Below, one piece after another: positions 1 through 12,996 of a stretch of 64,000 nucleotides of DNA. The position numbers and the translations under genes are program-made. Source of the DNA: Basidiobolus meristosporus CBS 931.73. Taxonomy: Eukaryota; Fungi; Basidiobolomycota. The number at the start of each line of letters is the position of its first letter. Position 1 is the first letter of the stretch. Below the pieces are notes generated by a model. That model saw nothing but the letters and a program-made list of their open reading frames with translations. It was not told where the DNA came from and did not search any database. The stretch lies in NCBI GenBank assembly GCA_002104905.1, contig MCFE01000067.1:124001-188000 (forward strand). Reading direction: 5' to 3'.

Positions 1-1448
1 CCTGATGGAATCAATACCACATAGTCAAAGGACTTAGAAATTATGGCAGCCTGCTGATGGGATCATCACAATAATTTTTCATAGGGCTCAGTTTTAGCTT
101 TGACAATTCTGGATGCAGGATCATTGATCCAAATGATGCCCATATTGCTCTGGGTATTTGAGATAAGAAACTATACAAGATAAATTCTATTTCATCATAT
201 CTGGGAGCTAATAAAAGTGACTTAAATGAAGAAATGCCAATGCTTTGGCACAGGAGATTTGGTCACATTTATTTTGGTCAATACTGCAAAATAATCAAAG
301 ATCAGCTAATTCTGGACTAAAAATTGATTTGGGCACTGTAATACATGCATATATGAACAACAGGCCAGACAGCTGTTCAAGAGCTCTGGGCTAATCAAAA
401 TTATGTAGAAATTAGATCTAATCTCTCATATCTGTCTGAACCTATGCAAAATTTATTTTTAGGCCGGAAGAAGTATTTGATCACTTTTAATGAAAATTAT
501 ACAAGATACATATAGGTCTACTTGATGGTGAGAATGAAAGAGGCTCTGTTCAAGCTCTGGGAGTTCAAAGCCATGGTGGAAAGAGAAACCAGTACAGAAA
601 TTAAGATAATAAGCTCTGACAATGGTGGAGAATATTCCTCAAAACACCTCATCTACTTCTGCAAGATTCATGGGATAAATCAAGAGACTACTGTACTGTA
701 CTTGCCACAGCAAAATGAAGTGGCAGAACATGCAAACTGATTAATGACTGATATGGCCAGACTTATGTTCCATAATCCAGTATTAGCTTATGATACTTGA
801 GTGGAATCAGTTGCCACTGCTTTATACCCTAGAAATAGGAGTATAGCAGAATACCTTGTGATTCTACTCCATTTGGGCACTGTATGGATACAGACCATGT
901 GCAGAACATCTAAGAGTGTTTGGGTGTACCGCATATGCCACAAAGCTGTCCAGTAATTGGTCAAAATCTGACCCAAGTAATGTAAAATGCATATTTTTGG
1001 GCTACTGCAATGGGAGTCAGGCAAACAGGCTCTACATTACCAAAGCAGAGAAGCTGATCAAGTACAGGGATGTATAATCTGATGAAAATCTGAAATTGGC
1101 ACAAAAAATTGCATCAGATGATGACAAAAATCTGATCTCAAGTCCACCAATAATCAGGATTGAATTAAAGCAATACAATGATAATCTTTTCACTCCAGAG
1201 GGCTCTACTGCCATGGTTCAGCCTAAGGCAGTGTCCAGGAATATCCCAGAAGTGATCATTCCTTTATCACAAAGTAGGAGATCCAACTAGACCAGAAATA
1301 GCCCAAATTACTATATCAATCAGGGCATAAACACTACCTATGCCTATTCAATCCATATTGATGAGCCACAGACTGTAAAAGAGGTGCTAAATAGCCTTCT
1401 GACAAGCCTTTGGAGACCTGCAATGACTAAGGAATATCAGGCCCTGAT
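1..1448 (+). mobile_element. Decayed Ty1/copia pol remnant (integrase core to start of RT)
   Basis: Integrase-core motif IISSDNGGEYSSK...PQQNEVAE (ORF 522-740); EPQTVKEVL..W..AMTKEYQAL, typical of the copia RT start, near 1360-1445; many stops. Confidence 0.8.
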
Positions 1449-1692
1449 ACTTAGAATGTTTTCACCAAAATATCATGTACCCAGAACATGAAAATTTGAT
1501 AAGTAGTTCAAACAGCCCCAGACTTTGCACGCATACTCTTGGGACCTTTCTAAGCCTATTTTATGTGTTTGCTCTGCCAAGACCATGTAAAAGTATAAAT
1601 ACCACTATAACATTCAATAAATCATCAAGTGAAAACCACATAATCTACTTGTTCTCCCTATCACCTTCAATATAACCAAGACTCTTACCACA
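1449..1692 (+). repeat. Partial copia LTR (3' part) followed by PBS
   Basis: Homologous to the reverse complement of LTR 3394-3725; ends ...CTCTTACCACA and is followed directly by GATTATGAGCCC and gag. Confidence 0.75.
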
Positions 1693-2954
1693 GATTATGA
1701 GCCCCAAGCTGTCACTCTCTGCAATGTCTACTACTGCTATTACTGGAATTCTTCCCTCTGCTGAAAAGTTGGATGGATCTAACTACCAAGTGTGGAAGGT
1801 GAAGATGTAGATGCTGTTACAAGAAAGAGACCTTTGGGATATTATCATGGGAGAAGAATGCCCTCATAAAAATGTGGGAGAGGAATTCTTTAAGTACCAG
1901 ACAAAAGAACAAAGTGCCCTTAACTGCATTTGCCTTAATGTCAAAGACAAACTAATTATTCAATGCTCAAGTGCAAAAATGGCAAAGAGGGCCTGGAAGA
2001 CATTATAAGACACCTACCAGTCATGTTCTGCTGCCAAGAAAATGTATCTTAGATGAAAATTCTTGACTACAAAGATGCTGCCAGGAGAAGAAATGAAAAA
2101 TCTTAATAACAGAATTACCCTGCTGGTGGATGAGATGGAATCTGTGGACATACCAACTACTGATGAGGATGTGATAGTAACCATCCTTAATAGCCTGGTA
2201 GACAGGTTTCAGGGCCTTGTATCAGTCCTAGAGTCCGGCACTGCAGACCTGAACTTAAGTTATGTATATGGTGTTGCAATATTCTGAGGAGTATTGGAAG
2301 TGATGTGGAGAACTAGAGGATTTACATGTTATTCACTTGTAGATTTATTGATCAAAAGTATGGTATTTATACTTTTGATAAAGTAGAGGAAACAAACATG
2401 TAGAGTTTGTTAAGGAAGGTCCCAAGAATATGTGTGCAAAGTTTGGGGTCTTTTGGACGACTTTGAGAAAAATAATAATCTGGGTACCTGACAATTTGGT
2501 GAAAATATTCTAAGTAAATCCCGACAAGAAATCTAGTCAGGACAGAATGCTAATGACAGAATAAGATCTATGTGACTAAGTTAGCATGAATATTTAGGTG
2601 ACAATTCAATAATTACAACATATGGAAGGCTCATGCATGAAGAATTAGGAAAATTAAGCTCCAATAAGAAGGAATAAGATGCATTAATAAGCAATGATAA
2701 CCAGCAAAGAAGATACCCAAGACCTTTTAAAGGCAATAGCAACCTGTTTTACAGCTACTGCAAAAGGAAAGGACACACATCAGACCAGTGCTTCAAAAAG
2801 AGTGATAGTCAGCAGAAAAAGCCTGAATAGGGAAATGCTGCCACAACTGAAGATAGACTATGCATATCTGCACTAAATATGACCACAAACAAGGATTCTC
2901 AGACATGATATAGGGACTCTGGAGCATCTCAACACTTTACACACCAAGAAGAAC
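1693..2954 (+). mobile_element. Copia gag-protease remnant interrupted by a solo LTR
   Basis: KLDGSNYQVWKVKM*MLLQERDLWDII (copia gag N-terminus). LNLSYVYG|RLMHEELG is rejoined across the LTR insertion; CCHC remnant YCKRKGHTSDQC near 2755-2795; protease motif DSGASQHF near 2916-2940. Confidence 0.8.
2272..2620 (-). repeat. Solo copia LTR with 5-bp target-site duplication
   Basis: TGTTG...CAACA termini, flanked by TATGG at 2267-2271 and 2621-2625; homologous to LTR 3394-3725. Confidence 0.85.
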
Positions 2955-3393
2955 TTCTTACCAGCAGCGTAATTCTGATAATTAGATTTTTCATTTCTTC
3001 TCCTGGCAGCAACTTTGTAGTAAAGAATTTTTGTCTCAGATACATTTTCTTAGAAGCTGAACATGACTAGTAGGTGTCTTCTAATGCCTTCCAGGCATTC
3101 TTTGCCATTTTGCTCTTGAGCATTGAATTAGCAATTTGTCTTTAACATTAAGGCAAATGCAGTTAAAGGCACTTTGATCTTTCTTCTGGTACTTCAAGGC
3201 TTCCTCTCCCACATTTTTAGGAGGGCATTCTTCTCCCATGATAATATCCCAAAGGTCTCTTTCTTGTAACAGCATCTACATCTTCACCTTCCACACTTGG
3301 TAGTTAGATCCATCCAACTTTTCAGCAGAGGGAAAAATTCCAGTAATAGCAGTAGTAGACATTGCAGAGAGTGACAGCTCAGGGCTCATAGCC
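2955..3393 (-). mobile_element. Second copia gag 5' fragment, inverted relative to 1693-2954
   Basis: ORFs 3276-3521 and 3081-3275 are near-identical to the gag at 1697-2130; PBS-like GGCTATGAGCCC at 3382-3393 (minus). Confidence 0.85.
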
Positions 3394-3725
3394 TGTTGTA
3401 AGAGTCTTGGAGATATTGGAAGTGATTGGGAGAACAAGTAGATTATGTGGTTTTCACTTAATGATTTACTGAATGTAAAAGTAGTATTTATACTTTTACA
3501 TGGTCTTGGCATTACAAACACGTAGAATAGATTAAAGAAGGTCCCAACAGCATGTGTACAAAGTTTGGGGCTGTTTGGACAACTTATCTAATTTTCATGT
3601 TCTGGGTAAATATTCTAAGTAAATCCCGACAAGGAATTTGGTCAGTATTCTCTAGGATTTGAAGGTGATGATCTAAGTGACTAAGTTAGGTGAATTTTTA
3701 GGTGGAAATACGAATTTTTACAACA
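3394..3725 (-). repeat. Complete copia LTR (~330 bp)
   Basis: TGTTGTAA...TTACAACA terminal inverted repeats; adjoins the PBS and gag on the minus strand. Confidence 0.85.
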
Positions 3726-4235
3726 CTAAGTGACTAAGTTAGGTGAATATTTAGGTGGAAATACAAATTTTTACAACAAAAACCACATAATCTACTTGTC
3801 CTCCCAATCACTTCCAATATCTCCAAGACTCTTACAACAGTATAAATGCTAATTTTACATTCAATAAGGCATTGAGTAGATTTACATTATCCACTTGTTC
3901 TCCCAGTCATTTCCAGTATCTCCAAAACTCTTACTACAAGAAGTACCCAGACCATCACCTTAAGTCAGTCTAGGTATACTCAAGTTATACTTAGGAAGTA
4001 CTGGATGAAAGATTGTAAGCAGCTACCCTAATGAAGACAAACTTTCATCAAGAATCAACCAAATCAAGAGAGCTTGTTACTCTCTAAAAGACCAGACTTT
4101 TCTAACAAATTTAGTGTTAGCAGTTTAATGAATTTCATGAATGTAACATGATCAGACTTCAATAGATTATTAAAGAAAATCCACATAATCTACTTGCTCT
4201 CCCAATCACTTCCAGTATCTTCAGAAGTCTTACAA
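3726..4235. repeat. Cluster of short LTR-end fragments in both orientations
   Basis: Duplicated LTR terminus at 3726-3778; copies of CCACATAATCTACTTG..CCCAATCACTTCC..CTTACAACA at about 3780-3838, 3885-3940 and 4178-4236. Confidence 0.65.
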
Positions 4236-4888
4236 CAAAGCCAGTCATAAAAAATATACTTAAATAGGATCCTAAGAGCATATACATACTATGTGGGGGC
4301 TTTTAGACAGCCTAACAAATCTTTATACTCAGAGTACCTGACACTTTGCTGAAACTTGTCAAGTCAATTTCAACAAAGAATTTGGGCAAGGAATAGTGAA
4401 GTTTGTAAGCTAGGATTTCAATGACATGTTTAGGAGTAAATACCAGATTTACCACATTACAAACAGTTGATTCACTATCCTACATCCAACAAGGGCATAT
4501 TATACAAACATACATGGCCATAATCTTGCCACTGTTTACTTTCGCTCAATATACCAATACATAGCCCATTCACTACTTAACACCCAATGGATTAGTCCAT
4601 GTGAATGTAGAGTGGAGAGGACTTAAATGAATCCTGACGATTTTACACTCGATTAATCCTGGGATTGGTTTTGCTTAATGACATTATCAAAGGACACCAC
4701 TTGGTCAGATGATTAATGCACATATGTGAAATAGGAGATAATCCAGGTTTGGTGCATATCACCGGTTTGGTATATATCGATTCGTCCTGGAAACTCGATC
4801 AACCGCCCATGAATAAGATTCGAATTCCGGGAACAACTAAGTGAAGTGAATTTCCACCGAGACTTCAGTGACACCTTGATACGATACA

Positions 4889-6972
4889 ATGGACGATTTC
4901 GACTACAATGCGGTATCTTGGGATACCGGAGACACCACCCATCACGTAAACGACCCGTTGTTTGAGGAAGGTGGCCTCGAGGTTGGCAGCTCGTTCGCTG
5001 ATTTCCAACCGCCCGAGGTCGCGTCCCCCTTCTCCCAGCCCGGTGATGAACCGAGCACCACAGACCTGGTAAGAAGCGCTTGTTGGTGGTTGCGTTGCCT
5101 CCCTCGAGCTAGTGTTACTCGATATTGATGTCCACTCGTTTCGCTAGACCCAACCGGAAATTGTCCCAGCATCCGCGACGGACGCCGCTCAGGATCCTCT
5201 CGCCCCAGCCAAGATGCAGATCTCCATCACCCAACCCCATAAAGAATACGAGGGAACCACGGCGCAACACATCTCCTACCTGATAACCACCCAGGTAACT
5301 CTCATTGACCACCCACGCGCGGAAGTTTAGTTCCCCGTTGAGCAGTTGGACTAAGGAAAACCCTCCGTTGCTAGACTGAATTGAAAACCTTCCCAAAGTC
5401 CGAGTGCCAAGTGCGCAGGAGGTTCCAGGAGTTCGTGTGGTTGTATAACACCCTTGTTGACGAGTACCCTGCCTCCATGGTTCCTCCTTTACCAGGGAAG
5501 CACCGAATGGGTAAGCCCACCCTTATCTCTACTCTTACCTTGACAACCGCCTCTTAACCATCCTGTCTCCACCCTTACGCTAGAATACTTCAAGGGAGAC
5601 CGTTTCGGAGAGGAATTCGTGGAGAAGAGAAAAGATAGGTAAGTCCCGCATTCGCACCCGCACCCTCCCCGGTTAGTCACTCAACTCCTTCCACCGCCAA
5701 CTAGTTTGGAACGGTTTTTGCAAAGGGTGGCCAGACACCCTACCCTCCAAAAGAGCGTTTGCTTGAGAAACTTCCTCACGGCCGAGAAATTGGTAGTTGC
5801 CCCTTAGGTTGCACTACAGACCATCCTATCTGACCAATCCGTCTGCTCTCATGTAGTCGACCACGGCACCCAAGGGGGAAGGAGCACTGGAGAATCTCGG
5901 AGAAGTGCTGATCAACGCGTTCACCAAGGTACAGAAGCACGACGAACGATTCTTGGAGATCAAGGAGAGCGTGGAGAAGTTCTCGGAGAACCTCCATACC
6001 ATCGAGCGGCTCCACCAGAAAATCCTCAAGAAGCAGATGGGTAGAGACGGCTCTCTGAAGTGGTGGGAATGGCCAGACCGCTAATCGACTTACACCATCT
6101 AGAACTCGAGCCCGATTACGCGGCACTAGAGACGGAGATCAAGGCGTTGAGTCAACTGGAGACCAGAATTGCCGAGCCGTTGTTGAAATTTGCCTCGGCC
6201 ATCGAGAAACAGGCCGAAGTGACGAAAGAGATGGTATGTGCCAGCGCCGGGGTCGCCCAACCCACACCTGCTAACCCACACCGGCCTAACCCTGCTCGTT
6301 AAAGATCGGTTCAGAGGAGGCAGGATTCCTCAGTCAGATCCATGAATACATTAGTTACTGCACCAACGTCAAGGTACCTCCACCACACTGCACTCAACCC
6401 GTCGACGCGTGTACTGAACATTTATTAGGGAGTCATGAAGCTGCGCGAGCAGAAGCAGATAGACTTCGAGGAACTCAGCGTGCTGCTTGACCAACAGAAG
6501 AGCGAACGTGAAAAGCTCGTCAACCATGGCAGGACCTCCGGGATCTCGTCCTTCCTCAAAGGGAAGTATGACGAGATCAAGGGGGTGGACCAAGAAAAGG
6601 CTCGACAGCAGAAACTGGAGAAAGTGGAGGCCAAGGTTAAGGAGGTAACGCAGATTCGGCTGGACCAGGTTTTTTGCGAGAGTCACTGACCACCGGCTCT
6701 TAGCTCGAGAGGGAGGTAGATAGCAGCGGCGACCTGGCCTCAAGGTTCTCGGAGGAAGTGCTCAAGGAGTTCGCGATCTTCCAGACCTCCAAGACAATCG
6801 ATCTAAAAGATTCATTCCACAACTACTGCAACAGCCAGATGGACTACTACAAATCGGTAAGTACCTACGAGCGATGTCCGTCGCTAACCGCGTCGCTAAC
6901 CATATCCACCCGCAGGGGATTTCCATTTGGGAGGAGATCATCCCAATCTTGGAGGGAATCCAACCACAATAA
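4889..6972 (+). CDS. SNX4: Sorting nexin-4 / Atg24 (PX-BAR), multi-exon
   Basis: Spliced PX domain reads VRRRFQEFVWLYNTLVDEYPASMVPPLPGKHRMEYFKGDRFGEEFVEKRKDSLERFLQRVARHPTL, followed by BAR helices (LKLREQKQIDFEEL); about 9 short GT-AG introns. Confidence 0.85.
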
Positions 6973-7364
6973 AGCAGTGACCAATAAACTCCATCACGTG
7001 ACGCGAAGCGTCTGCATTTGTAAAAAAGAAAAAAATGATTTACGCTGTGTTGTTAGAGCTTTTGGCCAAAGGTGGAACAGGAGGAAACCCACTTCGCCCC
7101 GCAGTCCATGATTCTGGAAAGAACGGAAAGATAGATGAATGCCCCTAGCCAGACGATGGTAGACCAACACCCACAACACCCACTAATCGAAGCACCCGAT
7201 GTGCAGTAGAGAACATTTTCAATAAAACTTGCCAGATCAAAGCCAGTCAGCCAATCACACCGCCCAGCATCGCAGAGGGATTTTTTTTCCGAGTTTGGGC
7301 AATTTTATGAAACCAATTTTGTCGGGTGGCTCTTTCTTTCTCTTCCTTACCGAAGTTTGCAAAC

Positions 7365-7694
7365 ATGGAAAACGATCAAGGTGTTCTCGTCGACTTGTAC
7401 GTCCCCAGAAAGTGGTATGTACCGAAGGCATCGCGACCCCCTGCGCCATCCCACCATTACTAAGCTGCTTTTCTCTCCCACAGCTCTGCCACTGGCCGTC
7501 TCATCCCCGCCAAGGACCACGCCTCCGTCCAAATCAACATTGGTGAGGTCGATGCCGAAGGCCGTTACACCGGTTCTTTCCAAACCTATGCCTTCTCCGG
7601 CTTCGTCCGCAAGCTCGGTGAATCCGACGACTCCCTCAACCGCCTTGCCACCAAGGACGGTTTCTTGAAGAACGTCTGGTCTTACCAAAAGTAA
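7365..7694 (+). CDS. RPS21: 40S ribosomal protein S21 (eS21), intron 7415-7483
   Basis: [40 protein letters not shown]...[11 protein letters not shown]...VWSYQK*. Confidence 0.95.
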
Positions 7695-8065
7695 TTGAAG
7701 GGCGTCTGGTCTCACCCACCCCCTAGCTAACCCTACATGTTGACGCTTTCATCGGAACTATAATAAACTGCGATTTCTCGCCAACATTGTGCGTAATTTG
7801 TTGGATTTTTTTTATGTTGTTGATCCGGATTTGATGATGCAAATTTAATGGATCCCCTATACCAATGATCTATACTAATCCACGGCTGGTTTGTGGTCGG
7901 TGATTTGCCATTTGCGATAAGTAAAACGAATCGAACCTCGATTACCTGGGCTTTTTGAACCATTGCTGGTATTTTCTCTAACCTAGCAACCAAAACCTAG
8001 CGCAGCCCAATCCCTTCCACTGGTACCCATACCAGAACCTTCTTGACAACGAAGCTGCGAACGTG

Positions 8066-10887
8066 ATGGCAGACTCGTTTTTCGGTTTTAACACCGCCCT
8101 TCCCCCGCTGTCCTCCCAGGAGCGACAGAACCTCCGGAGGGGCCCGTACTCGGCGAACGAGAACGGTTTCGACAAGTTAAACAACCAGCTACACTCCCTC
8201 CACCTCAACGAGGGCCTTTCCTCTTTAGATGAGGAGAAGTACGACCGTCTGGGTGACCAGTTGCAAGAGGAGAACGACAATTTGAACGATGAAACATTCG
8301 GCGCGGTCGGCACCGCTAATATGAGTGAGTTTTTTTTTCAATCTGTGGTTCCAAAGAACAATCTCAGTCCCCCCCTTTACGATCCGACTTCGAGGGCGAA
8401 TTTTGGTCTCGAGTCGGTCCACATTGCCACCAGGCTCCATTTCTCTACCTTCCCACCCCACCTTCCCCTCCACCCAAAGCCTATGGCTACTTGTGAAGTG
8501 GCGATCTGCGGAACTTGTTGCACCGTCGTTAAATGTTGCGTTATTTTCCCTGTCTAGATCGGGATTTCGACTTCGCCGCCAACACCGACAAGATCGCCTC
8601 CGCCCTTGAAAAGGAGCAACGTCAGTTGTTCGGGGATAGAAGAGCCTCGCAAAACCCTGGTTATGAACAATACGGTAAGTTCAGGGGACGCCTTCTTTCC
8701 CTTGGTTTGGTCTTTGCTGACCGGAGTCGACGCTTTTATTAACTTGTGTGCTGCTTCGTGCGTCTGTAGGGGCCCAAAAGCCTACTCGTAACTCGCTCGC
8801 CGCCCTGTGGGGTGAGGAGGCAGGTCAGCAAGGAAACAGAGGGTACGACAAGACCTACGACTACGCAGAGATGGTCCATTCTCCCGTGTCTCCCAGTATT
8901 TCCAAGCAACACCAGGATATTTGGAATCAAGGGGATGGAAATCGTGGTAAGTAAATCCCACCGACCCGCCCCGACTTGCTCAACCCAGCTTACCTAACGC
9001 ATTCCAGAAATCCCTTACGGCTTGAGCAGAACCAGTTCGTACGGGGATGGCGGCCAAGGAGAATTCGGCTTTTCTTCTCCAAGAAATCGCCCCGTCGCAC
9101 TTAACCAGGCACCTAACGACCTTGGCTACATGTCGCCAAGAAATCGTCCGGCGATGCTTGGAAGTCCCCGTACCGAGCCTCCCTACATGTCTCCTCGCAA
9201 CCGACCCGCCCCTCCACCAGGCGTGATGTCGCCTATGGGAGGTAGATACTCCTTGGAGGAGATTGAAAACCAACTTCTCCGATCGCTACCTCAATCTGGA
9301 ATGCCAAACAACCTCCAAGGCTATGACAGACGAGGCATCGAGATGGACCCCGCCTTGGCCCCAAGAACCGGGCCTATCCCCAACGCCAACTACCTTCAGA
9401 GCTACGAGAGGGAGGCGATCTTCGCCATGAAACAGCAAAGACTTCGGGAGAAGCTGATGCGAATCGTAAGTCGGCGTCGGCCACCTTCCCATCCCCACCC
9501 GCTCTTCCGGAATGCCCCATATTGACCACCGTTTCGTATTTAGGGACGTTACAACAACCTGATGACCCAGGGCGACAAGGACTACATCTCCCGGATCCAG
9601 ATCTCCCAGCTCGTCACCGACGACCCATACGCCGACGACTTCTACTACCAGATGTACAACGCGTTCAACAAGAAGGTCGACCCCGGGCTCTCCTCCCCCG
9701 CTGCCGAGAAGCTCCCCTCTGGTGGACGCCGTGGGCTGACCAGGATGCAGCAACAGATCAAGCGAGTGGTCGAGGAGGCCAAGCGTAGACCCCGGTCTAC
9801 CCAGTTCTCCCTCGAAGGTGCGCTCGGTAAGATCGCCCTCAAGTCCGTCAAGAACCCCAAGCAGATCCTGCAAGTCAGTGGGAAGGCGAGCGAGGAATCC
9901 GGAGGCTCGTCCCCGGTAATCGAGACGAAGACGGTAGCCAACAGCCAGGACGATCGGAAGAGGACGTTGAGAGTGATTGAAAACGTCTACAACAAAACGC
10001 TCGAGTTGGAGCAGCTGATGCGACAGAACCAGAAGGACCCCCGCGCACGCCAGGACCAGGAGAGCTTGGAGAAGTGGGTCCAGGAGTGTGAAGAGATCAT
10101 CGCGGAGATCTGGGCCGAGCTTGGCACCAACAACCCCATCTCCACGGAGTATCCTCACCCCTTCATCAGGTTCCTCAACATCCCCAAAGGAAAGAAGCTC
10201 ATTCCGCGTATCTTGCGACACGCGATTCCCGAGAAGGGTCTTAGCATGGTGACCACGCTCGTGGCCAATTTCGAGAGTCTGAATGTGTGTCGTGGCGGGG
10301 TCTTCGGGCCGCAGTCGACCATCTTGCCGGAAACCTTGGAGGAGATCGACCTGTTCGTGAACACGGTGATCGCCTCCCTCCTCGAGAGATTCATCATGGA
10401 GGTGCCGATGAAAACCATCAACGGTCTGCTCTCCGTTTTCATCGAGAGGAACAACATCGCCTGGGTGGCCCGCAGCAAGGTTGGCCTCAGCATGCTCACC
10501 ATGTTCCTCACACGTGCGGTGATGCTGAAACAAGGGGTGGGCACCCACCAAGGGTTCGTGCCGGACGAGGTGGAGCTTTCACAATGGAACGAGGTGTACA
10601 CCGAGCTCTTCGCCCAGCTCCAGTACCACTTCGGCATGCTCTTCCCACCGACCACCTCCATGATCGACGACCTTTACGTGTGGGAGTTCTTGGCCGCCCT
10701 CGGATCACAGGCCACATCCCAACAGCAGCATGTGCTTGTGACCGAGGTCAGGGAGAAGATCTACGAGAGCCTCATGGCCGCCACCTCGGGACAATTGCCA
10801 CCCGAGGCTGCCCAGCACAAATACTCCAACGTGAATCTGTTCCTTCACTCGTTGGGGCTTGACGCATCTCAGATCCCCCTTCGCTAA
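8066..10887 (+). CDS. PAT1: mRNA decapping activator Pat1, multi-exon
   Basis: N-terminal MADSFFGF and NDETFG motifs; LMTQGDKDYISRIQISQLVTDDPYADDFYYQ; GALGKIA; C-terminal VNLFLHSLGLD. Confidence 0.9.
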
Positions 10888-11284
10888 CCCACCAAAAGCA
10901 TCCACTGTGTACCTCACTCGATAGTAAATATTGAACCCACACCTCCCACAGACACCAATGTACCGGGACGTACGTCTTAACTCCCCCTTCTTCCTCCCGA
11001 AAAGACCACCACGCTTATATATAAATGAAAAAAAATCCGTATTCCAATAACACCTGGTCATCCTCCACGTTTCCGATTCCACACTAGAGAAAATAAAGGT
11101 GGTAGATTGGTGGCTACTAGTTGGGTAAGGGAGGATTTTATTTACGCGTTCTTCGGTTAAGGTGGATAACACCGATGGAATGGAACCGTATTCGCTTTCT
11201 AACGACAATCTCTACTGGTTGGGGTGGACAAGAAACCAAAAAAAGGAGACTCGGTGGACCCTCTAAACGCCGGGTGGGGTGGGT

Positions 11285-11569
11285 TTATTGGGACTTGGAC
11301 AATTGCCAGGCGGAGGCGATGAAAGGAAGGGCGTATCCGAGACCGAAGAAAGAGACCATCTTCACGGCGAGGGCCTTCTTCTTCTTGACGTCGAAGGGCA
11401 AGTGCTACGGGTGGAAGTGGAGGGTGTTTAGTGGTGTGTCGGGTAACGGGGTTCACGTAAAAGGAACACTTACAGCGCCGTTCTCGTTTTCGAAGTGGTA
11501 GGCACTTCTGGTGACGTTGGGGCGAACAAGGGAGCGGGAGCGGATGGCGGCGCGAGCAAAGACGGACAT
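11285..11569 (-). CDS. COX7C: Cytochrome c oxidase subunit VIIc (yeast Cox8-like), intron 11405-11473; not in the ORF track
   Basis: Spliced product MSVFARAAIRSRSLVRPNVTRSAYHFENENGA/HLPFDVKKKKALAVKMVSFFGLGYALPFIASAWQLSKSQ*: Arg-rich presequence, LPF motif and a single TM helix. Confidence 0.8.
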
Positions 11570-11934
11570 GGTTCTGAAGGTGTTTTGGTCAGAGGAGAGG
11601 GAGCGGTTCAGTGGGATAATATTTCCTCGCCGATGAAATCGCCCAATCCTCCCCGGAGTTTCGGGAAGTACTTGGGGTAATGGGTTAAAAAAAACTCAAT
11701 CGACCATCACTTTAAACGGGAGAGGTTCCCCAGATGCAAAACCCAATGCCATTCGGCATTCCATTTTCATTCGGTCACCCCAAACCCAATATATCTGGTG
11801 GAAGGTTGATTAACCTGGGCTTTGTTTAAGCAGTGTTGATTAACCTGGGGTTTATTTATCGAGATGTATGAAGGTGAGAATGCTAGATATGTAGAGAGAT
11901 TCGTTAATCTATGGGGAGGGTGGTCTGGAATCGA

Positions 11935-12996
11935 TCAGTTGTATTTGAAATCGTCCTTGGAAAGACCACCGGTGTGGTTCGACCAGACAAGCTTGATCTT
12001 TCTCTGTCTCTCGGACCTGGTGGCCTCGCGAAGGGTGCCGTCTCTTTCACGAACCCAAATCTTACGATCTGTGATGTCGAGCTTCTTGTTGGTATCGGTG
12101 AACATGAACTTCCAGCGTCTGGTGGCCTCGGAGGGATCCTTAGCGATGACACGTGGCTTCTCCTCCACCTCTTGCTTGACAACAGCTTCTTGCTGGAGTT
12201 CATCTTGGATTTGCTGGAAGGGCTTACGCTTAAGCACCTTGGCGGCGTCCACGGGAGTGAAGGGGATGTCTTCATCGACAGTTTTGAAGAAGGGCTTGGA
12301 TACTCTGGGAACGGTTTCATCGATGGGCTCAGGGGTGATACGGTTGTCAACGCCCATCATACTTTCCATCCCCTTGCGGAATTGAGTTTGCATGCTGAAG
12401 CCCTGAAAGCGAAGTCATATTTAGTGACACGAAACCTGGCTGTTCGGAAGGCTCTCATACAATACCTTGTCAACCATCTCTCTTTCGTGAGCCTTCAGCT
12501 TAATGATGGCCTCGACTCTTTTCAACGACAGGCCATATTTGGTGGCCAGCTTTCTGGGGGTCCAGGTAAGTGGCTCGAAGGTATGGGTCTTGAAAATCTC
12601 CTCCTTGATATAATCGGAAACCGGAGCGGAGGGCTTGAAGAGTGGGTTCATGGGGAAGGGGGTCTCGTAAACATAGTTGGTTTGTCCCCACACTGGCTTC
12701 TCGAATTGTTTGCCTTCAGCAGCGAACCACAAGGTAGCCTTTCTTAGTTTTCCTTCGGGCAAGTTGTCCTCCTCCTCCTCCTCTTCCTCGTCCTCCTCTC
12801 CTTCTTCAACAGACTCCTCGGTTGCCTCCTTGTCCTCTACAGGTGGCTTGTCGCCCTCTTTTTCATCAAAGGTAGACAGGCTGTTGTGAATGCGGGCGCC
12901 GGCGGTATAGCTAAATCCACGGCATTGACGAAACACAGTCAAGGCCTGGACGTGAACACGAAGCCCTTTGGCGAGAGTTTGGGTGGTCGATAACAT
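11935..12996 (-). CDS. MRPS35: Mitochondrial small-subunit ribosomal protein mS45 (Bot1/MRPS35-like), intron about 12403-12465
   Basis: PFPMNPLFKP...TPRKLATKYGLSLKRVEAIIKLK matches the Bot1p family; mitochondrial presequence; GT-AG intron joins ORFs 12421-12996 and 11935-12393. Confidence 0.75.
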
